A DNA stretch of 63,980 nt, filler included, from Octopus bimaculoides (taxonomy: Eukaryota): assembly GCF_001194135.2 (NCBI RefSeq). It is 8 parts of 7 records of this genome, joined end to end, with 100 filler letters (N's around TTAATTAATTAA, not from the genome) between each part and the next. Parts side by side here need not be neighbours in the genome. Positions count along the whole stretch, not along the records: positions 62,873 to 63,980 come from NW_026439160.1; 7 more parts are not named here. One strand, given 5' to 3'. Each line of letters starts with the position of its first letter. The stretch's first letter is position 1. Position numbers and translations under genes: made by a program. Under the pieces are notes generated by a model. The model searched no databases, was not told the origin of the DNA, and saw only the letters and a list, made by a program, of their open reading frames with translations. Of the stretch, positions 63,540-63,980 are shown one piece after another.

Positions 63540-63960
63540 GTGATGTATGTATGTATGTATGTATGTATGTATGTATNNNNNNNNNNGTATGTATGTATGT
63601 ATGCATGTATGCATGTATGTATGCATGTATGAATATCATGTATGTATGTATGTATGTATGTATGCATATATGCGTGTAGGTATGCATGTTTGTATGTACG
63701 TATGTATTCAAATTTGTATGCATGCATGTGGGTACCTATATATGTGTGCATGTACGTATGGATGTTAATATGTATTTATGCTTGTATGCATCAATGTATT
63801 TATGTATCTATATATGCATGTAAGGATGCATACACGTATGCACGTGCGTACGTACACATGGATGTGTGTATGTACGTATGTATAATTGAATGAAGGAATG
63901 TATTTATTCATATAAATATGTAGGAATGTATCCACGCATATGTGTATGTATGTTATACAA
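63540..63960. repeat. (TATG)n-derived low-complexity tract
   Basis: Degenerate TATG/TGCA repeats with a small gap. Confidence 0.85.
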
Positions 63961-63980
63961 AGAAAACGCATCGTAGAAAA

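Overview
Eukaryotic, AT-rich, repeat-dominated DNA with no confidently recognisable host gene. It is most likely a cephalopod (Octopus-like) genome; this is inferred from the tRNA-derived SINE families and the dense (TA)n/(CA)n/(TATG)n/(GATA)n microsatellites. The window is a patchwork of decayed mobile elements: three SINE families, CR1/L2-like and RTE LINE 3' ends, Penelope-like elements (PLE; RT + GIY-YIG), several mariner copies, an IR/DR Tc1, a pogo/POGK-like element, a Tigger fragment and an orphan SAP-domain ORF. It has many N gaps, seven of which are artificial 100-bp joins (44 N + TTAATTAATTAA + 44 N). The main unexplained signal came from a manual scan of CTGANGA cores on both strands. 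It shows five sequence-unrelated type I hammerhead ribozyme motifs (9432-, 11213-, 15968-, 28223+, 49332-) with one shared unusual architecture: 4-5 bp stem I, 2-bp stem III closed by a self-complementary tetraloop, a mismatch at the base of stem II, and a very long (54-97 nt) stem II. A truncated copy, a gap-cut copy, a compact variant and a relic are also present. All structures were folded by eye and none has been tested computationally or biochemically. Most ORFs in the supplied track are microsatellite or N-gap artefacts.
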